Source: Laetmonice hystrix (Eukaryota). From it: a DNA stretch of 64,000 nucleotides. Of the stretch, positions 51,411-64,000 are shown piece by piece; position 1 is the first letter of the stretch; the number at the start of each line of letters is the position of its first letter. A program made the translations under genes and the position numbers. The stretch spans positions 33,420,001-33,484,000 of the forward strand of contig OZ249440.1 in assembly GCA_965235115.1 (NCBI GenBank), read 5' to 3'. The notes below the pieces were generated by a model. It made no database searches. It saw nothing but the letters and a program-made list of their open reading frames with translations, and was not told the origin of the DNA.

Positions 51411-53395
51411 TCAGCAAAATAATTCGTGAAACAACTCGTGCACCCTCTCCTCTCTCTCTCGGTATAGAAAAAGAGAAACAGAAGCAAATCATTTTACAAT
51501 TTTTTCTTTGCGCATGCACTGCATGTATGTTGGAGAGATAACAAACCTGCATTTTTTTTTAGATCTGAGGTGCATCATTTACACCTGCAACACATTGCTT
51601 TTATAATGTATGTCACCCAATTTCCTTCATTCAATTATTACCTTCCATTGTGGGGGGCCTCGGGTGGCCGAGTGGTCAAAGGTGCTGGCTCATGACACCT
51701 ACACTGTTAGAAAAAACAGTAGATTTTACAGAATATTTTGTACAGAATTATTCTGTAAATCATAACAACTGGGAATTTCCTTTAGTTTTACAGTATATTT
51801 GGTTTTAAAAGCGGAATCACAGTTCTTCTACAGAGAAGTTCTGTAAATTTACACAAAACGCCTTAGTTTTCGTAATTTAATCTATACATTACAGGCAGAT
51901 TGCGATAAAAGTTGTTTTTTTACAGCAACCCATGGCAAGTTATCGTTTTGTGCATGCGCAGTAGGCACTTCCGATAGCTCCCGGCGCCCATGTTGGATTC
52001 TGAGCTAAGGTGAGTTTTTTCAAGTTAATCTGATTAAATCGTTGGAAAATCTGCTTTTTTTCACGAAATCAAAAGGGGCATTTTAAAAGTAGGGGCCTAC
52101 AGGATTCGATGATTATTTAACCTCGCTGTGACTGTCCGCACTGGCGGCGTGAGACCGCATCTAGGCTACTCACGCCCGCGCCCTCAGCCCGGCCCATCCA
52201 TGGACTGCCGGGCTAAGCCCAACGGCAACGTGAGCCCAAAGCGGGCACTTGACTCTTGACTTGAGGGACCCCAATTCTCGCTATTGCGGAATGGTTCGGT
52301 ACCCTAGCCGACATTTATTTAGCCTGAGCCTGTTGTAGTTATGTTTTGAGGGGTCTCTTTTTGAAATAAGGTGTGTGTCTTTTTTAGTTTTTCGACCACA
52401 TGACGTCATATCCCCGAGGGTTCCCAAATGTAGAGAAGTAGCGCTGTGGTCGTTAATGACCGGAGCATGGCAGGGTTACCACACAGACGTTGCATCAACG
52501 ATTCCCCCCCCCCCCCCCCCCCCCCCCGTCTGCCTCTGCCGGATAACTGTTATGCCCAGAGCCGAGGTTAGTCCCTATTTCAAGTGTTCGGGTGATCACC
52601 TGTACAGGTGTTATTGGTATTAAAGGTAAACCCCAGGATTCAGGGTGGCAACACATTAGAAGGACTTATAATCCTCAATAGGTTTATGGGACGAGGAAAA
52701 GGCCATTGTTGGCAGAAATGTAGATATTCATTTTCCCCTTTTTTTTCAAAGACAAAGTGCGAGTGGCAACTCTGGTTCAATAGTAGGAAACGGTACTAAG
52801 GGCTGTGGCTGTCGCCTACTGGCTAGATCTACTGTTCGTGCTCTTGTGCGATTTAACGTTTTAACGATTTAACGTTGCACAGGACTGCTCCTGGGGTAAT
52901 AACATGCTGTTCATGGCAGTTTCACTGTCCAGTCTGTTGATTCTGTTCATACGCGACAGATAATTTTAATTTTTCTTCAATTGATTCTAAAAGTTTACCG
53001 ACGGATTGGGTGTAACTTTAGTTAAATAACTTAGTGATCAGTGCATGGTGATTATCATTCAGCAATTTTAATTATTATTCTGTAAATTGTAATGTGCCTG
53101 TCACAATAAAATTATAATATAAGCCATAAGGTCAGTCTCTCAATGTGTGTAACAATGTCAGGCCAAGGGAGTAGGCCGCCATTGTTTTCAGGGTTAGGAC
53201 TTTAGTTTTGCTTGTTTTAAGACATATAATCTTACACCTTTTACACTTGGTGACAGCTTTCCTTTCTTTTTTGCAGGTTTACCCGAATTGGAACCCCAGA
53301 AACTGGTTCAGAACCCGCCTTGTCTTCAGCATTGGCCTTAGGCTGGGTGAGTTGTAGGTATACTTGTACTGACTGTCACTGTTAGTGTTACTACC

Positions 53396-53730
53396 ATGTA
53401 CAAGTGTCATCATTGTCATTACCGTTCAAATTCACCGAAAAATTATTCACACCACTATGCTATTCATAGGTATAGCAATAAGGTCGAATTTCCATGTGGC
53501 ATACCTGGATGTGACAGGGTATTTAGGATTTACGAAAGCTTTAATACTCATCTGTCTCGAGATCACCACAATATTAGGCATTTACACAAGTCTAAGAGCA
53601 CTGAGGATTCATCAGGTGGCAGTCCCAGTCAGCATGGTCAGGTTAGGCAGGTAGATCATACAGTGAATTTAACCTGTTTTCACTGTCAAAAGGTTTGTGA
53701 CCAGTTCACTGATTTTATTGCAATCCTGGG
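53396..53730 (+). CDS. C2H2 zinc-finger exon (N-terminus of an EnSpm-encoded protein)
   Basis: CHHC..HYAIH, CGIPGC..HLSRDH, CFHC; followed by a gtgag donor-like site. Confidence 0.65.
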
Positions 53731-54107
53731 TGAGTTTCATGACTTCCTTCAAATGACTTTAGGCTGTGCTACTGTTAGCTTGTTGTCCTTTGCTTGTACA
53801 CATGTAGTTTTAAACAGCATAGCCTGTTGTGAGACAAATATTTGTTTGGCAGAAGCTTTAGTGACAGATTGTTGAAAAATGTTTTAGTTGCTGTCATGTC
53901 CTCTACTTTTCCGGATGTCAGCCCGGGATGGAGATATGGGTTCGATGGTTGAGAGTAGAGATAGATACCACAGGTCTATATTCCGGCCATATTGGGAAGC
54001 CTCGTTGACTGACCTCTAGTGTTTCAGAAGATTCAGAATTCTGGCAGAAACACACATTCACTTAAATGCTTTAACCTGCCGTAATAATTGTATGTCCTTT
54101 ATTTCAG

Positions 54108-55186
54108 GGAGGCGAGAAGACATATTCCATGGTCAACATATGTTCTACTTAGTCATTGAAGGGGAAGTGGTAAATGACAAAATACGCACCTTCCGAGAGG
54201 CTGTGATAAGCCTGTTCACGTCTTACTACACTCTATCTATAGAGTACCCACCAGGCGCAGAGGTGACACTGGAGTTTATCCAAAGGTAATCTTCAAATTC
54301 GAGGCTTGATAATTTGAAATAATGTTTGCTGTTCTAACATGTAAATGTGCCCCTTTGAATTAGATACAACTATAGGCATGCCCATAATGACAATCTTCAG
54401 ATTTCTTTCCTAATTTACATGTACATGTAAAGTTTGGGAATCCCTATTTCCAAGTAATTTCTTTGTTTTTAAGGGATACTCAACTGGTTGCACGAAATTT
54501 AGAACATCATTTGGAATAAAAGCATAAACAATTTTGTTCACTATCAGGTTTAAGATTCGGGAAAAGGTGATTTGAGGCCATTGAGCCGAGTTGTGATGTC
54601 ACAAGTGCTCAAGGAAATACAGGTAAAATGAATGGTCCTGATCATTTGTGACAGTATTATAAAACCAAATGTTGTGCAATCCACATACAATAACTGCTCT
54701 ATGGCCATCATTATAGTGGATTGCACAGTGACTTTGCAACAAGGTGACAAAATTATCGGGTCCCTACAGTTGACCTGTGTGAATGAATATTCATTCAGCA
54801 CTTGTGACATCACAACTCAGTTATCGGATTGATAGCAATTCCCCAAATGGGCCTTTCCTGATTCTTAAAGTAAACCCGATGGATTTTTTTGAGTATATAC
54901 AAAATTGTATAAAGCTTTTATTCCAAATGATATTTTAAATTTCTTGCAACCAGTTTTTTTTTATATAATTTTGCTGCATTTTCATGTGTGTAGATTGTAT
55001 TGAACTCTACCTAAGATGAAATTGTTACCCTCAAATTTCCAGGGAACTGCTTAGCATTAACCCGGACAGTGAGTGTACGGCCATGAAGAGCAGCAAGAAG
55101 AAAAGAAAAACGGCAGTGGCACCAAGGATAGTGATGCTTCTTCAGCGAATAATGGAGTTCGAGTCTGACTGGAATGGTGAAAGCTA
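54108..55186 (+). pseudogene. Last two exons of the EnSpm accessory ORF
   Basis: SYYTLSIEYP...TLEFIQR|gt...ag|ELLSINP..KK..LLQRIMEFE. Confidence 0.6.
54483..54954. mobile_element. Palindromic MITE in an EnSpm intron
   Basis: aactggttgcacgaaatttagaacatcatttggaataaaagc is inverted at 54913-54954; more internal inverted matches. Confidence 0.7.
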
Positions 55187-55849
55187 GATGATAGGCACCG
55201 ACAGAGAATCTAGGCTTAAAAAGTTTTATTTTCTCTACTCATTTTAACACAATATAAGTGTCTCTGTTTTTTTCACTGTTACAGGGTTATTGATTGTTCT
55301 TTCTGTATTTGCCTCTGAGTTATTCTTGGATGTATTTCTGTGATGCTAACTTCCGATCATTTAGTAATGAAATCAGTATTTCAATCTAAAAATTCTTGTA
55401 AAACTTGCATTTTTGGTCTGATTTTAAAAGTTTAATGTGCATCTTGGAACATCGTTGTAGTTCTCCTTAATTCTCATTCAGGAGTACCTGTCATGTTTCA
55501 AAGCCTCTTTCAATAGGTGACTAGGGTGCTTGTAGATATCTTCTCGCTTTCACCAGTCCAACAGCAAGGTGTTATGCATGAAGACCTCCAAAATATTCTG
55601 TTTTTACTGTGACAGGGTTAGCACTTTAATTGTTCTTTTCTGTATTTGCCTCTAGGCAGAGTTATTATTGGATGTAATTATGTGATGCTAGCTTCCGATA
55701 ATTTCTAAATCAGTATTTCAATCTAAATGTTTTGGTAAAACTTGCATTTTTGGTCCGATTTTAAAAATTCAGTGTTCATCTTGAAACATCGTTGTAGTTT
55801 TCCTTAGTTCTCATTGAAGATTCATCAGATTTAATACCCTCAAACTGGC

Positions 55850-56370
55850 CCAGATATTGCCCTTGTTAGCCAACATACCTGGTTTAAATATACCCGTATG
55901 TACACAGTATATGTATAGGCAATATTATTGTTGCCAAGTGATTTTGTGGCCTTTGCTAGCCAACGTACCTGGTTTAAATACATGTACATAGTATCTAGGC
56001 AATATTATTGTTGCCAAGTGATTTTGTGGCCTTTGCTAGCCAACGTACCTGGTTTAAATACATGTACACAGTATATGTATCTAGGCAATATTATTGTTGC
56101 CAAGTGATTTTGTGGCCTTTGCTAGCCAACGTACCTGGTTTAAGTACATGTACACAGTATATGTATCTAGGCAATATTATTGTTGCCAAGTGATTTTGTG
56201 GCCTTTGCTAGCCAACGTACCTGGTTTAAATACATGTACACAGTATATGTATCTAGGCAATATTATTGTTGCCAAGTGAATTTGCGGCCTTTGCTAGCCA
56301 ACGTACCTGGTTTAAATACATGTACACAGTACATGTATCTAGGCAATATTATTGTTGCCAAGTGATTTTG
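55850..56370. repeat. 86-bp tandem repeat, about 6 copies
   Basis: Unit gcctttgctagccaacgtacctggtttaaatacatgtacacagtatatgtatctaggcaatattattgttgccaagtgattttgtg; track ORFs recur at 86-bp offsets. Confidence 0.95.
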
Positions 56371-57059
56371 TTGTTTTTTAATAAATAATACTTTTAAAAT
56401 ACAGTATATGGTAGTTGAGTCGATTTTATGCTGAAATGGTACAGCTGTAATTTTATAGAAAGTGCCTGCAGCAGAGTCCCCAGCAGTTCTGTGGTTTTAC
56501 AGGGAGTTGTAAATGCAAATTACAAATCTTTCTGTACATAGCATAATACAGATTACTTGTTTAAATACAGATGATCTGTAATTGTGATAAAATTCAGTAC
56601 TATTTAATAACAATGAAATTGTAACTTCTGTTCACAGATTTCTTTATTTTTAACTTCAACTGTAAAAATACAGAAAGTGATGGGGACTCTGCTGCAGGCA
56701 CTTTTCTGTTATTTTACCAAAGAATTTTCTAACAGTGTAGGACCATCGCCTCACACCGCTGCGGTCCGGGTTCGATCCCCGGCCAGGGCTGCATGTGTGA
56801 AAGGTTTGTCAGTCAGTTCCTTCCCGAAGGTCGGTGGTTTCCTCCGGGCACTCCGGTTTCCTCCACCAAGAAAAACTGACTTTCATCATCATCATCTTCA
56901 CCGCCGTGATATGACCCTGGCTGTTGCAAGGCGTAAAACCCCAAATACCCACCCACCCACCTTCCATTGTGTTAGATATTTACTTAAACACTCCCTAATG
57001 TTTAAGTCAACATATAATTTGTTTGTGTGTACTTACCAGCAGCCAAGTACCGAAGGTTT

Positions 57060-57575
57060 GTATGTGTGTATGCATGTATGTATGTTTATTTAGACTCTTC
57101 AAGAAAAACAACACATTTTACAATCATGATTAATCACTAATTATACACAAGTAAAGCGATCCTTAGGAGTCAAGGCTAAAATCATCCTTAGTCATGTTGG
57201 ACTGTAAACCAGGTACATAAACACTTGTATTATTGTATTAAGTTATACATCAGGTACCTGGACGGATGATGCCTGAACATAACATCATTAACTTAAACTA
57301 GATAACATGCTGCTTGAAAGAATAGATGAAGCGAGGGAAAACAAATTTAATAATTCTGGAATAGGCCTACATGCCTTTTATATGACTTTGCAAATGAGTA
57401 GGTTGTGTGCACATCTTTTAGATATGTAGGGAGTTTAGACCATAACTTTGGTCCACAATGGACGATACTTCTGGCACCAACTGCTGTGTGTCTAATTTGG
57501 GTGTGGGGATTGACCTTTTGTCTTGTGTTGTGATCATGGATTTCAGTATTTCTGGTAAACAGTTTCATGATGGGG
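57060..57575 (-). mobile_element. 3' end of a CR1/L2-type LINE
   Basis: HDHNTRQ..SIVHCGPKLWSKLP..FAKSYK, then 3' UTR with aataaa and a (CATA)n tail. Confidence 0.7.
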
Positions 57576-58139
57576 GGGTTGCGTTGTAAATTTGTATATT
57601 TAATGACTCACACTATACTGTTATTGAGTGCAGATTTTTTTTTTACATGTATTCATAATATTTTTGCCTTCAGAGGGGCTTTGTGATGAATACCCCCCCC
57701 CCCCAATACGCCTACTATTACTAACTAAAAATATGATGGACATATTTTTCAAACAACCATGACTATTTTATTTAAAATAGTTTTATTGCGGAATTAAGAC
57801 CTTTATCACAGATAGAATGCAATTCACAGATAAAATTCTATTTAAATTCAATTTCAAATGAGGGTCCAGAATAGTATGACCTAGATTCCCGGATCAATGG
57901 TGACTAAAAATCTTCGGGGGATTTTTTTGTTTGAATGCAGTTTATGCATTTTAAAACAGCGACAGAGTCCAAATAATAATGGTAACAACATAATAATAAT
58001 ATAAGTAAGAAATTCACTATCAGGAACAGCATTATCTTTTCTTTTTGCACAATGTGGGGGCCCTGATAAGGGCCATATTGGGGTGGTTGATGCAAGTAAG
58101 CATCAGTTGGTGTTACAGTCACGAGTGTCACTCATTGAA

Positions 58140-59070
58140 GGCAGCAGCCTGGTACAGTGTGCCTTCACATGCTTGGTTGAGGTCCTAGAGCATGGCCTTC
58201 TCAGACTTGTGGTGCCTTCTCCTGTTCACTGTTGAAGGTAGTCTGGCTCTCCAGCTCTCTCGTTTCACCTTTGAGGCACGCACATGGGTCTTCAGCAGGT
58301 CACTTCCACCGATATTCATCTGCTGAAAGATGGTGTCCAGTCCAGATGGGCCCTCATGCCAGTGTGGCCATCGCAACGGAGGTCTCAACAGGCCGAAGTG
58401 ACGTGGGCTCTGTCTTTGGGCAACGTCTCCACACCTGAGCATCTGTGTCCTCATCCGTGTACATCGATGGAGGAGATCTGGATGAGTGAGACGCTCATAG
58501 ATAGGGAGAAGCTTCTCAGCAACTTCGCATATGAGGAACGGACGATGTGGTCGGGGTTTCTCCTTCAGGGCAACCGCTCTCTGAAAGAAGCACCAGGATG
58601 TTGGTCCTTCCGGGCAGTGGGAATGATGCGGGTCTTCATCCATGGAGACACTGTGGAAGAGTGAAGCATACACTCCACGACGCATCTTCTCAACATCTGG
58701 GGCATTCTCTTTGAGCTGAGAGGCATAGTAGGCGGCAAGTTTGTCCTGGACAGCCCGGGTCAGCTTGCCTCTTCCTGTCACACTGTCTGCAGTGCCCTTT
58801 AGCTTCTTCCTCAGATTCTCCATTGCAGTCCACATACGTTTGGCAATGTGGTTGACACAGTCCTCCTTTACGATGTCATCCTCGTACACTCGAGCCTCGT
58901 TGAGGGAAGCAATAGTCTTTGCATCTCCGTCACAAAGAGATACATAAAGTTATACTTCTCTGTGGATCAGGCAAGGAGGATTTTTTGCTGCAGCAACTTC
59001 CATACCATTGGCAGAATCGTGGTAATTGCACTGGCAGACTGGTTGGTGTTTCTGAAGCCAAGCACTGTAG
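58140..59070 (-). pseudogene. Kolobok-type (Mutator-like-domain) DDE transposase fragment
   Basis: GDAK..KEDCVNHIAKRM, GRGKLT, H....DEDPHHSHCPEGPTSWCFFQ. Confidence 0.7.
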
Positions 59071-59429
59071 AGTGGAGACGTAACGTCATGACGTCATGGC
59101 GTCTTTCGTGTTCTGACTATTTGGACGGATTCCAAGGTCAACATGGATACATTTGAGGAACTGACGACACTGGCAGAATCGGGCAAGGACCTATTTCTTA
59201 TTTTGCAAATATTTTGACCTTTGACGTATCTGAAAGCTGGGTCAATGGTCAGAAAATGCTTAAATCCCTACTTCTTCCTCAATTTTCAGTAAAATTCTAT
59301 GAAATTGCACAGGGCTGGTCTCTAAGGAGAGCTTCAAAGGAATCCGCTTTGCTGCAATTGATTTGACCTATATTCGCTGAGTCACGTGACCTCAATATAT
59401 GCTCAATATATACATGTATATGGCTATAA

Positions 59430-61120
59430 GTAAGAAACGGTGCCAGATACGGTCATAGTTACTATTGAACACGAATAGGAAGTCATGCATGCTCTTTCAG
59501 TTGACGCCAAGTTTGATGACGTCGTGTGACGTATGACGTCATAATGACATCATCAATGTTTTCTAAGGCCTATAACTCCTAAACGGTCAGAGATAAAGCC
59601 ATGGTTACTATTGAACATGAATAGGAAGTCACACATGCCCCTTCAATTGACACCAATATCCATTAGGTAGCGTGACGTATGACGTCATAATGACGTCATT
59701 AGTATCTGCTATGGCCTAAAACTCGAAAACGGTGCAAGATAGGGTCATAGTTACCATTGAACATGAATAGGAAGTCATACATGCTCTTTTCACTGACACC
59801 AAGTTTAAGGATGTAGCTTGACGTATGACGTCATAATGACGTCCTCAATATTTTCTAAGGGCTATAATTCCTAAACAGTGAGAGATAAAGGCATGGTTAC
59901 TATTGAGCATGAATAGGAAGTCATATATCCACTTTCAAATGACACCATCATTTATTAGGTAGCATGATGTATGACGTCATAATGACGTCATTGGTGTCTT
60001 TTATGGCATATAACTCGAGAACGGTGCAAGATAGAACCATAGTTACTATTGAACACGAATAGGAAGTCATGCATGCTCTTTCAATTGAGGCCAAGTTTGA
60101 TGACGTATGACGTAATGACGTCATCAATATTTTCTAAGGCCTGTAACTCCTAAACGGTGGGAGATAAGGCCATGGCTACTATTGAACACAAATAGGAAGT
60201 CATATATGCCCTTTTAATTGAAGCCAAGTTTGATGACGTAGTGTGACGTATGACGTCATAATGACGTCAATATTTTCTAAGGCCTATAACTCCCAAACAG
60301 TGGGAGATAACGCCATGGTTACTATTGAACATGAATAGGAAGTCATACATGCTCTTTCGATTGACACCAACATTTATAAGATAGCGTGACGTATGACGTC
60401 ATAAGGATGTCATTGGCCTATAGCTCGAAAACGCTGCAAGATAGGGTCATAGTTACCACTGAACACGAATAGGAAGTCATGCATGCTCTTTTCATTGACA
60501 ACAAGTACAAGGCTTTAGCGTAACGTATGACGTCATAATGACGTCATCGATATTTTCTAAAGCTTATAACTCCTAAACAGTCGGAGATAAAGCCATGGTT
60601 ACTATTGAACATGAATAGGAAGTCATACATGCTCTTTCAATTGACACCAACATTTATTATTAGCGTGACGTATGAAATCATAATAACGTCATTGGTATAT
60701 TCTATGGCCTATGACTCGAAAACGGTGCAAGATAGGGTCATAGTTACTATTGAACACGAATAAGAAGTTATACATGCTCTTTCTATTGCCACCAAGTATA
60801 AGGATGTAGCCTGACGTATGACGTCATAATGACGTCATTGGCATCTTGTAAGGCCTATAACTCAAAGGCGGTGCAAGATATGGCCATAGTTACTATTGAA
60901 CGTGAATAGGAAGTCATGCTCTTTCAATTGACGCCAAGTTAGATGACGTAGCATTACGTATGACGTCATAATGACGCAATAAATACATATCCTGACACCA
61001 TACATAATAATGACGTCATTAGGTCAATAGAACCATAGTTAACCCTACTCAGAACATGTCAGAGAGGACATGTCGCCCAGGGGATGGGATCCATCGTGGT
61101 CTAGCCACGAATGGTCTAGT
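59430..61120 (+). repeat. ~146-bp satellite, about 11 units, within a Helitron/Helentron-like element
   Basis: ttactattgaac recurs about every 146 bp; ends in hairpin tcgtgg..ccacga then CTAGT (61120). Confidence 0.85.
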
Positions 61121-61179
61121 GATAATTTAATATTGCTATGTACAGTTGTATTTCAACTTCTCTCCAAAATATTTCTATC

Positions 61180-62969
61180 TTTACACACCTATAGAGTAAG
61201 TGGTATAGTGTTTCTTTATCGGCGTTACAAAATGTACATTGATCGGTATCTTTGACACCCATTTTAAGTAAGAGGGGTTTAAAGCAACTATATTATGCAA
61301 AACTTTGTACTGAAATTCCTGTATTTTCCTATTTTTCCATAATTTTCCATAAATTGTGTAAATTTTGTTCCAAGTTATATCATCGATATGAAATTCGTCG
61401 TTATGTTTTTTCTTTCCTGTGGATTCGAAACACAGTTTATCTTGTAAGAGAGTTTTATATATTTCTTTGGAGGAAATCGTCTGCAGGGGGTATAAAGACT
61501 CAGTACCGTCAAAATTTCTTATCAGGCTCAGCTCATTCAACTCAGTCTCTACAAACACTTCTTTTTTCTTAACCATAACAACACTTGCTATGCCTCTCCA
61601 TAACATGAAGTATTTCCTATTTAAACCTCTACTTACCCAAGCATCAAAAGGATCAATCAATCTTCAAAAAGATCCTGAGGGTACCATACACCACATCCTA
61701 ACATGTTTCTGTTGAAAACTGAGCGTCTGCCTACTTTAATGTCTCTGTTATTCCAAATTAACCCTTTATTTCTATACCCAACTTCCAACCAAGCTTTACT
61801 TCTTGCTGATAGACTGGTAACTGGGTCAACAGTTTGTTTTCTAAGTTGCTATGCATTAAGATATTTATACCCCCATAATTGTAGAAGAATGTATTGAACA
61901 ATATTTTCCAGTCGTGGTCTGCCCTATAGAAATAGCGCTTTAGACATTTTATTCTTAAAGTTTTGATACGTGTTTCTAAATCAAGCATCTTTTGTCCTCC
62001 ATTTTCATATTCACATAACAAGACTTCTTTTTTAATTTTCCCCCGTTTATTCCCTTGCCAAATAAAATTCCAAATAATGCTGTTTATCATTGTAACCGTT
62101 TCTTTAGACATGTGTAAAGCCGATATTACATAATCAAACTTGGATAACATTTTACTAATAGAGTACCACTTTCATTTCCGTATTACCTACATTTATCCCT
62201 TTTATTTCTTGTTCCTGTCTAACAACATGCGCTAAGATTTCCATTGCTAGGATGAAGATGTAAGGCAACAGAGGATCTCCCTGCCGTACCCCCCTTTCTA
62301 ATTTGAAATAATCTGAGGTGTAACCATCATTAATATTACAGGCTGAGATATCAGTATAAAAGGTTTTTACCAATCGAATAAAGGAAGGGCCAAAATTAAA
62401 ATTTTCCATTGTTTTTATCGTGAATTTCCAATTTAAGGAATCAAAAGCCTTTTCAAAATCCGTGCATAGTATTAAACCTGGAATGTCCTCGCTTTCCATA
62501 TATTCTATGAGGTCTAACACCAGTCTCACACTATCCCCAATAGATCTTCCCTCAACATAACCCGTCTGATTATGGTGTATTATATCCGGCAATACCTTTT
62601 TCATTCTATATGCTATTACTTTAGTCATGAGTTTATAATCTGTATTCAGAAGTGAAATCGGACGCCAATTTTTAAGTGATAACCTATCCTTTCCTTATCA
62701 ATCAGGGTTATTACAGCTTGCCTTTGAGATACGGGTAAAATTTGGTTGTAATAGCTTTTATTGTAACAAGATACTAATATATCTCTTATGTCATTCCAGA
62801 AGTATTTGTAAAATTCTGTTGTAAGCCCATCATTCCCTGGTGATTTGTTGTTTTTTAAGGGTTTTTAAAACAGTTTTACACTCATCATCAGTTATTAGTC
62901 CCTCACAGCTTTCTTTCTGTTCCAATGATACATCTTCCAAATCGAGTTGTGTTATCTTCTCTTTATAGA
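61180..62969 (-). pseudogene. L1/Tx1-clade ORF2 (RT plus C-terminal zinc motif), degraded
   Basis: NWRPISLLNTDYK, QTGYVEGRSI, DFEKAFDSL, GVRQGDPL, FIWQG, FQYKVLH. Confidence 0.88.
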
Positions 62970-64000
62970 GCCCCGTGGGGACCGGGGTAAGAATGTTCCC
63001 CAGCCCCCCTGGCTGTTCGTAAGAGGTGAATAAATGGGGCGACTTGTTTGCCGTGAGTCGAGATTCGTGTCGGTGGAGGAAGAGGTCCTGGTACCTTAGG
63101 ACGGTGAATCGCTGCGGCTTTTCACAGGTCCAACACGGTGCTTCGGCTCCTACTTCACCTAGACGGGAGGTTGGAGAGGCCCGATCCAATCAATCGGCTG
63201 GTCACGCCTTGCCCCAGGATTTTTTGTATTGAGTACCCTTTACAGTGGATTTAATTCTCTTATACAATAGACAACATCTATCGTAACTATTTCTTCTTTA
63301 TTCCTAGAAGGCGGTGGCTTAGGGTCAATCAAGTAATGGCAACACCCTCTTTCGTTCCATTGCTTGAGTATACCAACCCTATATCCTTGGTTTGCAACTG
63401 CTGGTTACCGCAACTCTGCACTTCCCCTTGTTGGGCTCCGTGGAGGGTGGGGAATAGGGTTGGTGAAACACAAATATGGCATCAAACAATCCCCCAAAAA
63501 GAAAACTACTGAAACTAACAGACTCTGACTCGGACCGGTCTATGGAGAATGAACACATGACGGAATGGCCTCGTTTTATCATTGTTGAATCGGCAGAAGC
63601 TGAACGACCAATATCTAAGCTATCCCCTTTTGCCATACATAAAGGCATATTGGGGATAGCTGGAACAGTCAAAGATTGTAAACGTTTGAGGTCTGGCCAA
63701 CTTTTGGTGGAGTGTGCCACGAAGGCCCAATCTGCAAACCTGCTGAGTGCCACAGTACTCGCAGGTTACAGTATTAAGGCCTCTCGTCACCGGACGCTCA
63801 ACTCAAGCAAGGGTGTTATTAGAACAAACTCTCTTGACACTACAACTGAACAGGAGATCCTTGCTGGGTTGAGCTGGCAAGGTGTGTCGGAAGTCAGAAG
63901 ATTGATAGTGAAACGAGATGGTAACACCATCAAGACACACACATATTTTCTGACATTCGACAGGCCCACGAGATTGGCTTTCTGAAGGTAAAAGTCGATC
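62970..64000 (+). mobile_element. 5' end (UTR plus ORF1 from 63476) of another Nimb copy, inserted in the L1/Tx1 ORF2; runs off the window
   Basis: Matches the reverse complement of 18933-17880 from the first base of the leader. Confidence 0.92.

Larger units (their letters stand above)
51702..56737 (+). mobile_element. EnSpm/CACTA deletion derivative (~5 kb)
   Basis: TIR cactgttagaaaa / ttttctaacagtg; 2-bp TSD TA; spliced coding remnants inside. Confidence 0.85.
51653..56958 (+). mobile_element. V-like SINE copy 2, split (51653-51701 and 56738-56958) by the EnSpm element
   Basis: Halves rejoin to match 34453-34708; TSD accttccattgtg at 51640-51652 and 56959-56971. Confidence 0.88.

Noticed and set aside
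55850..56370. 86-bp array (and the 43-, 146- and 157-bp arrays) as CRISPR
   Set aside because: Whole units repeat with no unique spacers, there are no cas genes, and the context is eukaryotic.

Overview
Eukaryotic, almost entirely transposon-derived DNA. GT-AG introns, tRNA-derived SINEs and the TE spectrum suggest an invertebrate animal (inference). I found no intact host gene, rRNA, tRNA or CRISPR array. The window is a stack of nested insertions: six copies or fragments of one Nimb/I-group LINE (APE-RT-RNase H), L1/Tx1 and CR1/L2-type LINEs, a BEL/Pao LTR remnant, Harbinger, MULE, EnSpm/CACTA, Kolobok-like, hAT and IS630/Tc1 remnants, many MITEs, SINEs and tandem repeats. The main discovery candidate appears when the Nimb insertion at 13530-18933 is removed at its target-site duplication. 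This rejoins ORFs 12760-13516 and 18934-19502 into one stop-free 441-aa protein: a LINE ORF1-like region fused to a NADAR/YbiA domain (a family including guanine ADP-ribosyl hydrolases), upstream of a CR1/L2-type ORF2. A second, divergent CR1/L2-type element (27265-29375, minus) carries NADAR, then an SGNH esterase, then the endonuclease. Two independent LINE families therefore appear to carry NADAR cargo. All family calls are by eye from motifs; no database searches were run.
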